From: Sulfurospirillaceae bacterium
Lineage (GTDB): Bacteria > Campylobacterota > Campylobacteria > Campylobacterales > Sulfurospirillaceae
Assembly (NCBI GenBank): GCA_033723415.1
Contig: JAWVXD010000005.1
Location: 96,001 to 160,000 of the forward strand
Length of the DNA stretch: 64,000 nucleotides
Direction: 5' to 3'
Both the position numbers and the translations under genes were made by a program. A model generated the notes under the pieces. That model made no database searches. It was given only the letters and a program-made list of their open reading frames with translations, and was not told where the DNA came from. Every line of letters begins with the position of its first letter. Within the stretch, counting starts at the first letter, position 1. Below are positions 1-10,135 of the stretch, piece after piece.

Positions 1-1078
1 CACCGAGATAACTATGAGAGATCGGGATATAATATGCTTCATCCAAATCTACACAAAATGAAAAACCTACGATACGCGCATTATATGCATCTAATGAGTT
101 AGTCTCAGTATCAAAAGCTATGATCGAATTTTCTTTTATCCCATCAATAACTGAAAAAAGTTTTTCTTTTGTATCAAGCAAAGTTGCCTTAAAAGAAACA
201 GAATGTTCTTCTTGTTTTTCTTCTTTTACTTTTAATCTAGATAAAATTTGTTTTAATTCATATTTTTCCAATTCGTCAACTATTCCTAATAGCGGTTGCT
301 CTTGTGGAAAATAAAAAGTTTCAAATCTGTCTTCTACATTTAAGTCATCATGTAATGCTGCTAATTTTTTACTCAAAAATGCATTTTCCTTGCCATCTAG
401 CAGCATTTGCTTTACTCTAGGGTTCAATACTTTATCTAAATTCTCATATATATCTTCAAGACTTTCAAATTCATCAAAAAGCTTTTTGGCGCCTTTAGGT
501 CCGATTCCTTTAACTCCAGGAATATTATCGGACACATCCCCGACCAAAGAGAGATACTCTCTTATTCTTTTTGGATATACACCAAACTTTTCATAACACT
601 TTTCTTCATTTATATCTATTTTTTTAGATGGATCATAAAGAGTTATCATATCATCATCTATCAATTGATATAGATCTTTATCATGACTTACTATTCTCAC
701 TCTAATATCATGTTTTTTGGCAAATTTGACAGCTGATGCAATCACGTCATCTGCTTCGTAGCCTTCTTCGCCATAGCATTTAAAGCCCATCTTTTCAATC
801 CAATCAATCGCTACAGGTAGTTGTTTTTTTAGATCTTCCGGTGCTTCAGGTCTATTGGCTTTATAATTTGGATCTATATCATGTCTAAAATTTTTACCTT
901 TACTATCAAGTGCAAACAATATATAATCACTTCCTAGTTCACTTTTGATCGTATATATAAAATTTGCAAAACCAGTCAAAAGTCCGGTAGGAAAGCCGTT
1001 TTTATTTCGCAAACTTGGGAGAGCGAAATAATTTCTAAAGAAAAAACCAAATGTATCTATAATCGTTAACGTTTTCAA
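1..1078 (-). CDS. polA: DNA polymerase I, N-terminal part (5'-3' exonuclease domain); runs off the window
   Basis: Not in the ORF track. Reverse strand reads TTG-KTLTIIDTFGFFFRNYFALP...GFPTGLLTGF...EADDVIAS...GDVSDNIPGVKGIGPKGA. Start overlaps the HDOD stop. Confidence 0.93.
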   Translation of the reverse strand, partial: MKTLTIIDTFGFFFRNYFALPSLRNKNGFPTGLLTGFANFIYTIKSELGSDYILFALDSKGKNFRHDIDPNYKANRPEAPEDLKKQLPVAIDWIEKMGFKCYGEEGYEADDVIASAVKFAKKHDIRVRIVSHDKDLYQLIDDDMITLYDPSKKIDINEEKCYEKFGVYPKRIREYLSLVGDVSDNIPGVKGIGPKGAKKLFDEFESLEDIYENLDKVLNPRVKQMLLDGKENAFLSKKLAALHDDLNVEDRFETFYFPQEQPLLGIVDELEKYELKQILSRLKVKEEKQEEHSVSFKATLLDTKEKLFSVIDGIKENSIIAFDTETNSLDAYNARIVGFSFCVDLDEAYYIPISHSYLG

Positions 1079-1875
1079 TTTTTTATCTCTTCTACTGCGT
1101 TTAAAAATTCTTTTACTGACATATTTTCGCTTTCTAGTATTTTACAAGCTCGATTTATACTTGTTTCCGCAAGTGGGTTGTTAATAGGAACGGCTGTTTT
1201 TAATATTTTCAGTACTTTTGCATATTCTCTAAGATCTTCGGCTTCTTCATAATGATCAGAAAACTTGATCATATTTACCATTTTTTCACTAAAACCCCAA
1301 TGCTCAAAGATCTCAGAAGTAACATCTGCTGTAGATGCTCCAACATACATTTTTTCGACACTTGTTACATCATTTGTAGTTTTTATCTCTGAACTAAAAT
1401 GATAAACCTCATCGCTTCTTACGATCTCATCTGCTATAAGGATCTTACCGGTATCTTGAAGAAGGGCTGCTAAAAATAGATCATCAGCCATTGAAGAATT
1501 TATCTTTCGATACCATTTGGCAACAAGCGCACTTTGTATAGTAGATATATGGACAAACTCTTCAGGGGTTACTCCATAAGGTTCCATATCGACATTTAAA
1601 AGTTTTTTCACTGATATACTCGTCACCAGAGATCTCGTAGATGACATGCCGAATAAAGATATAGCTTGCAGAACACTTTTTATCTCACGTTGAAAACTAT
1701 ATAGTGGAGAGTTTGCTATCTTTAGAAGATTAGCAACTAGCATAGGATCTGTTTCTATAACTTTTGCTAATTCATTTATACCGCTATTTGGATTTTCACA
1801 AATTTCGTTGATACTTTGAAAACTTTTTGGTAATGGCGGTAGTGATCTTATACGATCAACTATATCATGTATCAT
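1075..1875 (-). CDS. HDOD domain protein
   Basis: LPPLP, DPMLVANLLKIANSPLY and LLQDTGK motifs. Confidence 0.88.
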   Translation of the reverse strand: MIHDIVDRIRSLPPLPKSFQSINEICENPNSGINELAKVIETDPMLVANLLKIANSPLYSFQREIKSVLQAISLFGMSSTRSLVTSISVKKLLNVDMEPYGVTPEEFVHISTIQSALVAKWYRKINSSMADDLFLAALLQDTGKILIADEIVRSDEVYHFSSEIKTTNDVTSVEKMYVGASTADVTSEIFEHWGFSEKMVNMIKFSDHYEEAEDLREYAKVLKILKTAVPINNPLAETSINRACKILESENMSVKEFLNAVEEIKN

Positions 1876-4693
1876 TCTTTTCTCCTAAATCAGTAAATTC
1901 TTTTGCCAAGAACTGACCTGTAAAACTTTTTGTTTTTTTATAATTTTTTGCAAGTTCTCGCGGGCTTCCCAAGGCTACTATCTTTCCACCGTAGTTTCCA
2001 CCCTCAGGTCCCATATCTATCACATAATCACTGTTTTTTATTATATCCATATTGTGCTCAATAACCAAAACACTGTTTCCCAAATCTCTAAGATTGTGCA
2101 AGACTTTTGTCAATCTATCAACATCTGCAAAGTGCAAACCTGTTGTCGGTTCATCCAAAATGTACAAGGTGTTTCCCGTATCTTTTTTGCTGAGCTCTTT
2201 TGAGAGTTTTATTCTTTGTGCTTCACCACCACTGAGTGTGACTGCATTTTGACCCAAAGTAATATAACCTAAACCTACGTCTTTAAGTGTGCTTAGTATC
2301 TGCTCGATCTTTGGAATTGCTTTAAAAAATTCATATGCTTCTTCTACGCTCATATCCAACACATCAGATATAGATTTACCTTTATACTGAATCTCTAATG
2401 TTTGTGCATTATATCTGTGTCCGTTACAAACGTCACATTTTACTAAAATATCAGGCAAGAAGTGCATCTCTATCTTGATTTCACCCTCACCTTGGCACTT
2501 TTCACATCTTCCTCCTTTTACGTTAAAAGAGAATCTGCCTATTTTATAACCTCTTAGTTGCGCTTCTTTTGTTTTTGAGAAAAGCGTTCTGATCTCATCC
2601 ATGACTCCGGTGTACGTAGCAGGATTACTTCTAGGGGTACGCCCTATCGGACTTTGATCAAGATATATAACTTTGTCCAATTGTTCTAATCCAAGACACT
2701 CAACACCTGATACTTTTTTCACTTTTCTGGCATGGTTCAAAAGCTCCTTTGCAACTGGCAGAAGCGTTTGAAGTATCAGCGAGCTTTTACCGCTTCCGCT
2801 GACGCCTGTGATACTGACTAGATTACCAAGCGGGATATTTACATCCAGGTTCTTAATATTATTGATATTTACGTTTTTTAGCTCAAGCCATTTGTCTAGT
2901 TTTGCATTGCTTTTATACTTTATCTCTTTTCTTCCACTTAAGTATAATGCTGTTAGAGTATCGCTCTTTTGCAGTTGTTCATATGTACCTTTAAATATAA
3001 TCTCGCCACCGAATTTTCCGGCTCCAGGTCCTATATCTACGATGTAATCTGCTGCTTCTATCGTCTTCTTGTCATGTTCTACTACAATAACACTATTGCC
3101 CTTGCTTTGTAAGTCTCTCAGCGTCTTAATTAGCTTTAGAGTATCTCTCTCATGCAAGCCTATACTTGGTTCATCAAGAACATACATGACCCCAGTAAGT
3201 CCGCTTCCTATCTGCGAAGCGATTCTTATCCTTTGTGCTTCACCGCCACTGATACTTCTCGCATCTCTGCCTAGTGAAATGTATCCTAAACCTACATTGT
3301 ATAAAAAGTACAATCTCTCTCTAACTTCTTTTAGTATAGGTGCTGCTACCATCTTTTGAGATTCAGACAGATATGAAAAGTTTTCATCATCGTTAAAAAA
3401 TTCTAAAGATTTGTCTATCGGAAGATCTAAGACTGAGCCAATCTTCTCGCCTCCTACTTTAACTGCCAAATGTTCAGGCTTAAGTCTGTGCCCACCGCAG
3501 TTATCACAGATCTTTTCACTCATATATTCATTGACGTCTTTTTCGTCTTTTAGCATATTATAGGCAATCTTGATGATCCCGTCAAAACTTTTTTTAAGTT
3601 TATGTCTTTTCCAGAAAAACACGGCATCATCCACTCCGCCATGTAAGATCGCTTTTTGTTGATGCTCCGCTAAAGAACCATAAGGAACTGTTGTATCTAT
3701 TTTGCTAGCCTCGCAAAAAGCTTTTAGATATTTTGCATAGTATCCTTTATTGAATCCATAAAAAATCTTTATAGCCCCATCATCAATACTCAGATCTTCA
3801 TCTATTATTTTTTTAAGATCAAGCGTATATCTAATACCCAACCCATCACACATTGCACAAGCACCTTTGGGAGAGTTAAAGGAAAAAGATAGCGGCTCAA
3901 GTAGATCAAAACTGATCTTACAATCAAAACAAGCCCGATGTTCACTATAGTGGATAGAAGATGAACCAAGTCCTACTTCTTCATAATTTAAGATCTCTAA
4001 TTCCAGTTCTCCATAACTCTCTTTTAAGCCTTTTTCAACATCACTTGCAATTCTTTGCCTGTTCTCTTCTCGTACGACAACTCTGTCTATCACGACTTTT
4101 ATCGTATGTTTTTTAGTTTTACCCAGATCCAAATCTTCATCTAGTCTTACCATAACGCCATCGATCATAGCTCTTACATAACCTTTATGGCGAAGTGACT
4201 CTATCAGATCGGTAAAAGAACCTTTTTTTTCATTTATGAGAGGAGCTAAGATAACAAGTTTGGAATTCTCAGGCAGTTTCAGTATTTGTTCTATGATATC
4301 AGCACCGCTCATCTGAGATATCGCTTTGCCGCATTTATGACAATATTGTTTCCCGACTCTTGCATATAACAATCTCAGATAATCATAGATCTCTGTAATA
4401 GTACCGACCGTTGATCTTGGATTTTTACTTGTTGTTTTTTGATCGATCGCAATAGCAGGAGTCAACCCTTCTATTTTATCAATATCTGGTTTTCCAATCC
4501 TATCTAAGAACTGTCTTGCATAAGAAGACAGTGACTCTATGTATCTTCTTTGTCCTTCAGCATACAGAGTATCAAAAGCCAGAGTGCTTTTTCCGCTCCC
4601 GCTCAGCCCTGTAAAGACGACTAATTTATTTTTTGGAATTTCCAAATTTATATTTTTGAGATTATGCTCTCTTGCACCATAAATTTTTATCAT
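1865..4693 (-). CDS. uvrA: excinuclease ABC subunit A
   Basis: GAREHNLKN, two Walker A motifs (GLSGSGKS, GVSGSGKS), Zn fingers, SGGEAQRI twice. Confidence 0.98.
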   Translation of the reverse strand: MIKIYGAREHNLKNINLEIPKNKLVVFTGLSGSGKSTLAFDTLYAEGQRRYIESLSSYARQFLDRIGKPDIDKIEGLTPAIAIDQKTTSKNPRSTVGTITEIYDYLRLLYARVGKQYCHKCGKAISQMSGADIIEQILKLPENSKLVILAPLINEKKGSFTDLIESLRHKGYVRAMIDGVMVRLDEDLDLGKTKKHTIKVVIDRVVVREENRQRIASDVEKGLKESYGELELEILNYEEVGLGSSSIHYSEHRACFDCKISFDLLEPLSFSFNSPKGACAMCDGLGIRYTLDLKKIIDEDLSIDDGAIKIFYGFNKGYYAKYLKAFCEASKIDTTVPYGSLAEHQQKAILHGGVDDAVFFWKRHKLKKSFDGIIKIAYNMLKDEKDVNEYMSEKICDNCGGHRLKPEHLAVKVGGEKIGSVLDLPIDKSLEFFNDDENFSYLSESQKMVAAPILKEVRERLYFLYNVGLGYISLGRDARSISGGEAQRIRIASQIGSGLTGVMYVLDEPSIGLHERDTLKLIKTLRDLQSKGNSVIVVEHDKKTIEAADYIVDIGPGAGKFGGEIIFKGTYEQLQKSDTLTALYLSGRKEIKYKSNAKLDKWLELKNVNINNIKNLDVNIPLGNLVSITGVSGSGKSSLILQTLLPVAKELLNHARKVKKVSGVECLGLEQLDKVIYLDQSPIGRTPRSNPATYTGVMDEIRTLFSKTKEAQLRGYKIGRFSFNVKGGRCEKCQGEGEIKIEMHFLPDILVKCDVCNGHRYNAQTLEIQYKGKSISDVLDMSVEEAYEFFKAIPKIEQILSTLKDVGLGYITLGQNAVTLSGGEAQRIKLSKELSKKDTGNTLYILDEPTTGLHFADVDRLTKVLHNLRDLGNSVLVIEHNMDIIKNSDYVIDMGPEGGNYGGKIVALGSPRELAKNYKKTKSFTGQFLAKEFTDLGEKNDT

Positions 4694-5430
4694 TAAAAAC
4701 CAATCAATTTATTTACTGTAAGAGCAAGCAAAACAACATATAGAATCATCAATAATTTTTTTTGTAAGTCTCGTTTTACAATATGTGACTGCTTTGCTCC
4801 AAAATATACTCCAACTAGTGAACCTATACCTAAAATAATCCCTGCTCTGTGATCCATTAATCCATGCATAGAAAAACTGATAAGTCCCGAAATCGAGGAA
4901 AATACAACAAAGAATAATGATGTAGAAACTGCTCTTTTAATATCAAAATGTAAAAAACCGACCATGATTGGAGTTAAAAACAATGCTCCACCTATACCGA
5001 TACTAATAGCTGCCATGCCTACAAAAAATCCAATAACAAACAATAAAATCTTGGATTCATTTGGAACGCCTGTTGGTTCTGCCGGAGATCTAAAGAATTT
5101 GTATATTGCAATAACTAAGGCAAAAGCAAAGAAACCGAGTAACGCCCATGAAGGTACCATTGAAACTATATAACCACTGAATTGTGCTCCTATAAAGCCT
5201 CCTGCTCCTAAGGTCAACCCATTTTGAAGACGAAGCATTCTGTTCTTATAGTTTACAAAGGAGCCAAATACTGAGCTAAAAACCATTTGCATGATGGAGA
5301 TACCTATCGCTGCTTTTACACCAAATCCAGAATATATAAGGATAGGTACTAAGATCGTACCGCCTCCAATGCCAAAAAATCCTGATGCGAAGCCTACCGC
5401 TACACCTAAAATACCTAAAATTATAAACAT
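4693..5430 (-). CDS. TauE/SafE (TSUP) family membrane protein
   Basis: Duplicated GxxSGxxGIGGG motif, about 8 hydrophobic segments. Confidence 0.88.
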   Translation of the reverse strand: MFIILGILGVAVGFASGFFGIGGGTILVPILIYSGFGVKAAIGISIMQMVFSSVFGSFVNYKNRMLRLQNGLTLGAGGFIGAQFSGYIVSMVPSWALLGFFAFALVIAIYKFFRSPAEPTGVPNESKILLFVIGFFVGMAAISIGIGGALFLTPIMVGFLHFDIKRAVSTSLFFVVFSSISGLISFSMHGLMDHRAGIILGIGSLVGVYFGAKQSHIVKRDLQKKLLMILYVVLLALTVNKLIGF

Positions 5431-5533
5431 ATTACCTACTTTGTGTTAAAATGATATTTTACTTTATTAGCTCTTAATAAACAATTTAAAAAATTTAAAC
5501 TATAATACATCAGTATTTATAAAAAGGAAAATA

Positions 5534-5845
5534 GTGGATCCGGAAGACAAAGAATATTTGGAAAACAAACTACTATCCGGCTATGAGAATCTACTAGATA
5601 TTAGTGTAGATTTTATCGCTGATCTTGGAACCATACACCTAACTATTCAGGATGTATTGAAATTAGAAAAAGGTTCTGTCATTGATCTAAAAAAACCTGC
5701 CGGAGAGAGTGTTGAACTATTTATAAATAAAAAGATTTTTGGCAAGGGAGAGGTCATGGTCTATGAAAAAAATCTCGCTATCAGAATAAATGAAATACTG
5801 GATTCCAAAAGTGTTATACAATATTTTAAAAAAGAAGCTCAATGA
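5534..5845 (+). CDS. fliN: flagellar motor switch protein FliN
   Basis: SpoA/FliN domain (LLDISV...LEKGSVIDL...GEVMVYEKNLAIRI). Confidence 0.9.
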   Translation: MDPEDKEYLENKLLSGYENLLDISVDFIADLGTIHLTIQDVLKLEKGSVIDLKKPAGESVELFINKKIFGKGEVMVYEKNLAIRINEILDSKSVIQYFKKEAQ

Positions 5846-6696
5846 AGAAAATACTTTTTTTACTAATTTTGACAACATTTACATACGCTACGAATTTACT
5901 AACACACAATATTTACGATAGAGAAGACAGAGTTGATATTATGCTCTCATTTGATTCACCTTATGCCGGTCAGATTTTTCAAGACAAAAGTCAGCATACT
6001 ATCTCTTTAAAGCTAGCAGACTTAAGCTTTAACCAGTCTATCAAAAAAACAATAAACTCAAAAATAATTCAAGCACTATCTATAGTCCCAAACAAGAACA
6101 ATCTTATTATCACACTGACAAGCAAAAAAAGCATTGATGTTATAGCATCAAAAACTACAGATGGTTTTGGACTAAGGATCAGAGCAAAGCTGGCAAAACC
6201 TATAGCTGATTCAACTATAAATGCTTTATCTCAAAATAATACCAATGTTCAAGATATTAAAACTTTTCAAGACAGTAGCTTAATTGATACTAGATATATA
6301 ATCGTAGTCACTTTTTTATTTATTTTACTAATCATCATGATTTGGTTGAAAAGAAGAGTAACAAAAGCTGTACCTGAAAAAAAGCAGAGGTCTTGGCTTT
6401 TCAAAAATATTGTACCAAAATCAGCAGATATCAAAATCATACACAAAAAACCTATTGATCCTAAAAATTCTCTTATTGTACTTGAATATGAAAACAAAAG
6501 ATACCTTGTTATGAGCGGCAACTCAAATGTCTTGCTAGATACCTTTGGTAGTCAAGATTTAGAAAACGGTTCTGATTTTGAACAAGCGTTTGAAGACAAT
6601 AGAAAAAAATTGGATGAATATCTAAAACTTCAAGATAGAAAACTGGAAGATTACAAAGATAAAGCTTCAAATGAATATTTATATGAACAAAATTAA
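5842..6696 (+). CDS. fliO: FliO-like flagellar export chaperone with periplasmic N-terminal domain
   Basis: Signal peptide, periplasmic domain, single TM helix, FliO-like cytoplasmic segment; directly after fliN as in Campylobacterales. Confidence 0.65.
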   Translation: MKKILFLLILTTFTYATNLLTHNIYDREDRVDIMLSFDSPYAGQIFQDKSQHTISLKLADLSFNQSIKKTINSKIIQALSIVPNKNNLIITLTSKKSIDVIASKTTDGFGLRIRAKLAKPIADSTINALSQNNTNVQDIKTFQDSSLIDTRYIIVVTFLFILLIIMIWLKRRVTKAVPEKKQRSWLFKNIVPKSADIKIIHKKPIDPKNSLIVLEYENKRYLVMSGNSNVLLDTFGSQDLENGSDFEQAFEDNRKKLDEYLKLQDRKLEDYKDKASNEYLYEQN

Positions 6697-7049
6697 TGAA
6701 ATTTAGTGAAAAAGCCTTAAGAGTAAAATACATGAGGCTTTTAGAAAAATTTCTAAAAAGCTGTGAAAATATTCTAAAATTAGAAAATTTCAACTATATC
6801 CTTTTTGAAAAAAAAATTACAAAAATATATACTCAGATTCAAGATCTAAAAGATTTGAGATTGGATTCGACTTATCTAAATTCATTGAAATCATTTACAG
6901 ACCTTGTAATAAGAGTACTAAATAATGAAAATATGTCCAAAGAAGAAAAAAGAATACTACTGCTAAAAGAAGTAAATCAAATCTGCAAGCAAAAAAAAGG
7001 TTCTACTTATAAAAGAGAAAAACACAAAAATGAAAAGTATGATGACTAA
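6696..7049 (+). CDS. conserved hypothetical protein
   Basis: 117-aa ORF, start overlaps the upstream stop, basic YKREKHK tail. Confidence 0.65.
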   Translation: MKFSEKALRVKYMRLLEKFLKSCENILKLENFNYILFEKKITKIYTQIQDLKDLRLDSTYLNSLKSFTDLVIRVLNNENMSKEEKRILLLKEVNQICKQKKGSTYKREKHKNEKYDD

Positions 7050-7052
7050 ATC

Positions 7053-7105
7053 TTGACACGTTAATTCTTATATGATAATATTTTCATATGAAAAATTTAT
7101 CATAT
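7053..7105 (+). promoter_or_regulatory. sigma70 promoter (TTGACA-N17-TAATAT) overlapped by a double ArsR/SmtB-type operator
   Basis: TTGACA 7053-7058, TAATAT 7076-7081; near-perfect 36-bp palindrome ATATGATAATATTTTCATATGAAAAATTTATCATAT at 7070-7105. Confidence 0.75.
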
Positions 7106-7118
7106 TAAGGATATAAAG

Positions 7119-7325
7119 ATGAAAAAAACTTTTAGATCAGACAAAATCAACTGCCAAAACTGTGCAAACATGATAAAAGGATCTCTTGAAGATGACTTTG
7201 GACCAATAGATGTTAATCTTGAGGCAAGTCCAAAAGAAGTTACTGTAGAAATCAAAGATGAAGCTCAAGAAAAGCAATTTAAACAAGAAATGAGTGAAAT
7301 AGGCTTTGATGTTATAGAAGAATAA
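7119..7325 (+). CDS. heavy-metal-associated (CopZ-like) chaperone
   Basis: 68 aa with INCQNCA HMA motif. Confidence 0.85.
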   Translation: MKKTFRSDKINCQNCANMIKGSLEDDFGPIDVNLEASPKEVTVEIKDEAQEKQFKQEMSEIGFDVIEE

Positions 7326-7327
7326 TC

Positions 7328-7696
7328 ATGAAAGACTCACAAGAGCTAATTCGTTCTTGCTGTGAAGGTATCAGCCATATCCCTGAAATCAAAAAGATTC
7401 TCCCGAATGATGAAGAATTAAAGAGTATGACGTGCATCTTTAAAGCATTGAACGATCCTATGAGGGTAAAAATTTTATTTGCCCTTTTAAAATACGAAAT
7501 ATGCGTAGGAGAACTTGTAAATCTTTTGCAGATCCCCCAGTCTCACGTATCTCATCAACTTAGGATACTCAGAAAATATGATATTGTGACATATCAAAAA
7601 GATAAGAAAATGTCCTTTTACAGAATTAAAAACGAACATGTAAAAGAGTTACTAACAACTGCATTAAAGAGTTTAAAATGTCAAAAGAAAAAATAA
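7328..7696 (+). CDS. ArsR/SmtB family metalloregulator
   Basis: FKALNDPMRVKIL, EICVGEL, SHVSHQLRILR; N-terminal CC. Confidence 0.9.
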   Translation: MKDSQELIRSCCEGISHIPEIKKILPNDEELKSMTCIFKALNDPMRVKILFALLKYEICVGELVNLLQIPQSHVSHQLRILRKYDIVTYQKDKKMSFYRIKNEHVKELLTTALKSLKCQKKK

Positions 7697-9855
7697 ATCT
7701 AAATATTTCAGGTATGACCTGCGTAAATTGCTCAAACGGTATAGAGAGAGTTGTCAATAAACTTGATGGTTTAGAAAAATCCAAAGTAAGCTTTACAGCG
7801 AACAAGGGTGAGTTTACGATTGATTCGGACAAACTAGATAAAAATACGATCATACAGAAGATCAGAAAACTTGGATATGGTGTAGAAGAGGATATAGCAG
7901 CTCTAGAGGCTTCAAAAAAAGCAGCGTATCAAAAACTTAAATTTACGTTTCTAATCTCAGCTTGTCTGACATTACTGATGTTCTACTTTGTTCTCTTTCC
8001 TATAAAAGATATAAATCTTTATATAATGTTTGCCATTGGTTCGATTGTGCAGTTCTATCCAGGAAGTAGATTTTATGTGCTTTCATATAAAGCTATCATC
8101 AATAAGAATACAGATATGAACGTTTTAGTGGCACTTGGTACCAGTGCTGCATATTTTTATTCCACCGCTGTTGTGTTATTTCCTCATATATTTCCTGAAA
8201 ATCTTAGATTTGTTTATTTTGACGGAGCAAGTGTTATTATAACCTTTATCTTGCTTGGACGACTTTTAGAAGAGAGATCTCGTGCAAAGGCAACTGATTT
8301 TTTAAAGAGACTGATGGATCTCTCTCCGCAAAATGCAAATAAGCTCGAAGATAACGGTGAGATAGTAAGCATACTTGCGAAAGATCTACAAATCGGCGAT
8401 AAAGTTTTTGTAAAAGTCGGTGAGAAGATATCGGCTGATGGTGTTATCATAGAAGGTGGCGGAGATATAGATACCTCAATGATAACTGGAGAACCTATGC
8501 CTGTTTTTAAAACTGTCGGAGATGAAGTTGTTGCAGGCACTATAAACACTCAAGGCACCCTTAAAATACAAGTTTTAAAAAATGCAAATGAAAATACGAT
8601 CTCCAAGATCATTGCACTTCTAAGTGCAGCTGGAAGTAAAAAACTCCCTATTGCAAGATTGGCAGATAAAATAGCCAGCATATTCGTACCTACAGTCATA
8701 AGTATTTCCGTTTTAACTTTTTTGGCATGGTATTTTATTTTCAATGATGCAACAAACGCGATTTTAGCCTCTATCTCTGTACTTATAATCTCTTGTCCAT
8801 GTGCACTTGGGCTTGCTACGCCTATTGCTATCGTCAGTGCTGTCGGGAAAGGTGCAAAAGAAGGTATATTGATAAAAAATCCAGAGATATTGGAAATCAT
8901 AAAAGATATAAAATATGCAGTTTTTGATAAAACAGGCACTTTGACAAAAGGTGTCATATCAGTAAAAGATATATATTTAAAAAACGAGGAATTACTGGGT
9001 GTACTCTCTTCCATAGAGGCTCATAGTGAGCATCCTATATCAAAAGCTATAGTTGATTATGCTAAAAACAAACAGAGTATAAAAAATGAACAGGTTCAAA
9101 ATGTACAAATTATCCCAGGAAAGGGCGTGAGTGGTGTTTATGAGAACAAAACTATACTAATCGGGAATCAAAGACTTTTAGAAAAAAATAATATACATAT
9201 TTCACAAGAGTATTTTGATATTTTCACACAAACCTTAGATGAAGGCAACGGAGCAGTCTTTGTTAGTGAGGAGGATAAGTGTATAGGCGTAATATCATTG
9301 GAAGATAGCTTAAAAGCAGATGCTAAAGAGCTGATTTTAAATCTCAAGAAACAAGCTATAATTCCGGTGTTATTGACAGGAGATAATAAAATAACTGCAA
9401 AAAAGATCGCTGACACCTTAGGAATAGAGTCATATTATGCTGAAGTCTTACCTGATGAAAAATATGAAGTCATAAAAAAATTGCAAAAAGAAGCTAAGGT
9501 CATGTTCATAGGTGATGGGATCAATGATTCGCCGTCTATTAAGCAAGCAGATATCGGTATAACGTTAAATTCGGGATCTGATATCACAAAAGATGCCGGA
9601 GATATCATTTTGATCAACAATGATCTCAAATCGGTTTTAAAAAGTGTTAATCTCTCAAAAAGAGCAATGAGTACGATAAAGCAAAATCTATTTTGGGCAT
9701 TTTTCTATAATGCTCTTGGAATTCCATTGGCTGCAGGAGTACTTCATCCGATCATAGGTGTAATGCTCTCTCCTATGTATGCGGGAATCGCTATGAGTTT
9801 TAGCTCTGTTACGGTTGTGTTGAATTCTCTTAGATTAAAGGTCATGAAAATCTAA
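7678..9855 (+). CDS. copA: Cu(I)-translocating P1B-type ATPase
   Basis: GMTCVNC, TGE, CPCALGLATP, DKTGTLT, SEHP, GDGIND, YN and MxxSS Cu(I) signature. Confidence 0.93.
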   Translation: MSKEKINLNISGMTCVNCSNGIERVVNKLDGLEKSKVSFTANKGEFTIDSDKLDKNTIIQKIRKLGYGVEEDIAALEASKKAAYQKLKFTFLISACLTLLMFYFVLFPIKDINLYIMFAIGSIVQFYPGSRFYVLSYKAIINKNTDMNVLVALGTSAAYFYSTAVVLFPHIFPENLRFVYFDGASVIITFILLGRLLEERSRAKATDFLKRLMDLSPQNANKLEDNGEIVSILAKDLQIGDKVFVKVGEKISADGVIIEGGGDIDTSMITGEPMPVFKTVGDEVVAGTINTQGTLKIQVLKNANENTISKIIALLSAAGSKKLPIARLADKIASIFVPTVISISVLTFLAWYFIFNDATNAILASISVLIISCPCALGLATPIAIVSAVGKGAKEGILIKNPEILEIIKDIKYAVFDKTGTLTKGVISVKDIYLKNEELLGVLSSIEAHSEHPISKAIVDYAKNKQSIKNEQVQNVQIIPGKGVSGVYENKTILIGNQRLLEKNNIHISQEYFDIFTQTLDEGNGAVFVSEEDKCIGVISLEDSLKADAKELILNLKKQAIIPVLLTGDNKITAKKIADTLGIESYYAEVLPDEKYEVIKKLQKEAKVMFIGDGINDSPSIKQADIGITLNSGSDITKDAGDIILINNDLKSVLKSVNLSKRAMSTIKQNLFWAFFYNALGIPLAAGVLHPIIGVMLSPMYAGIAMSFSSVTVVLNSLRLKVMKI

Positions 9856-9868
9856 ACTTTTCAAGTCT

Positions 9869-9902
9869 ATTGCTCCTTGTGTTCAATGCCACAAGGAGTA
9901 AT
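9869..9902. terminator. stem-loop between convergent copA and dusB transcripts
   Basis: ATTGCTCCTTGTG-N8-CACAAGGAGTAAT. Confidence 0.6.
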
Positions 9903-9939
9903 CATATATCTTCGTATTTCAAAATTCCATTGAAGATTC

Positions 9940-10125
9940 TTATATACCTTTGGCCATTAGCTTCATATTGTATTTATCCACAAACCATTGATATGCAACT
10001 TTACGATTACGGGAATCATCATCTACAAATGTTCCTCCATAGATGATGGCTACAATACCATGTTATTGAAACATTTTACTTCCAAAGCCGCCTCTCCCTG
10101 CCCAAGTATCTATGTACGTGAGAGT
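9940..10125 (-). pseudogene. fragment of a tungsten aldehyde:ferredoxin oxidoreductase (GAPOR-like)
   Basis: Reverse frame TLTYIDTWAGRGGFGSKMFQ*HGIVAIIYGGTFVDDDSRNRKVAYQWFVDKY; AGRGG motif of the AOR family; in-frame TAA at 10063-10065; no start codon. Confidence 0.7.
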
Positions 10126-10135
10126 ATATCTTTGT

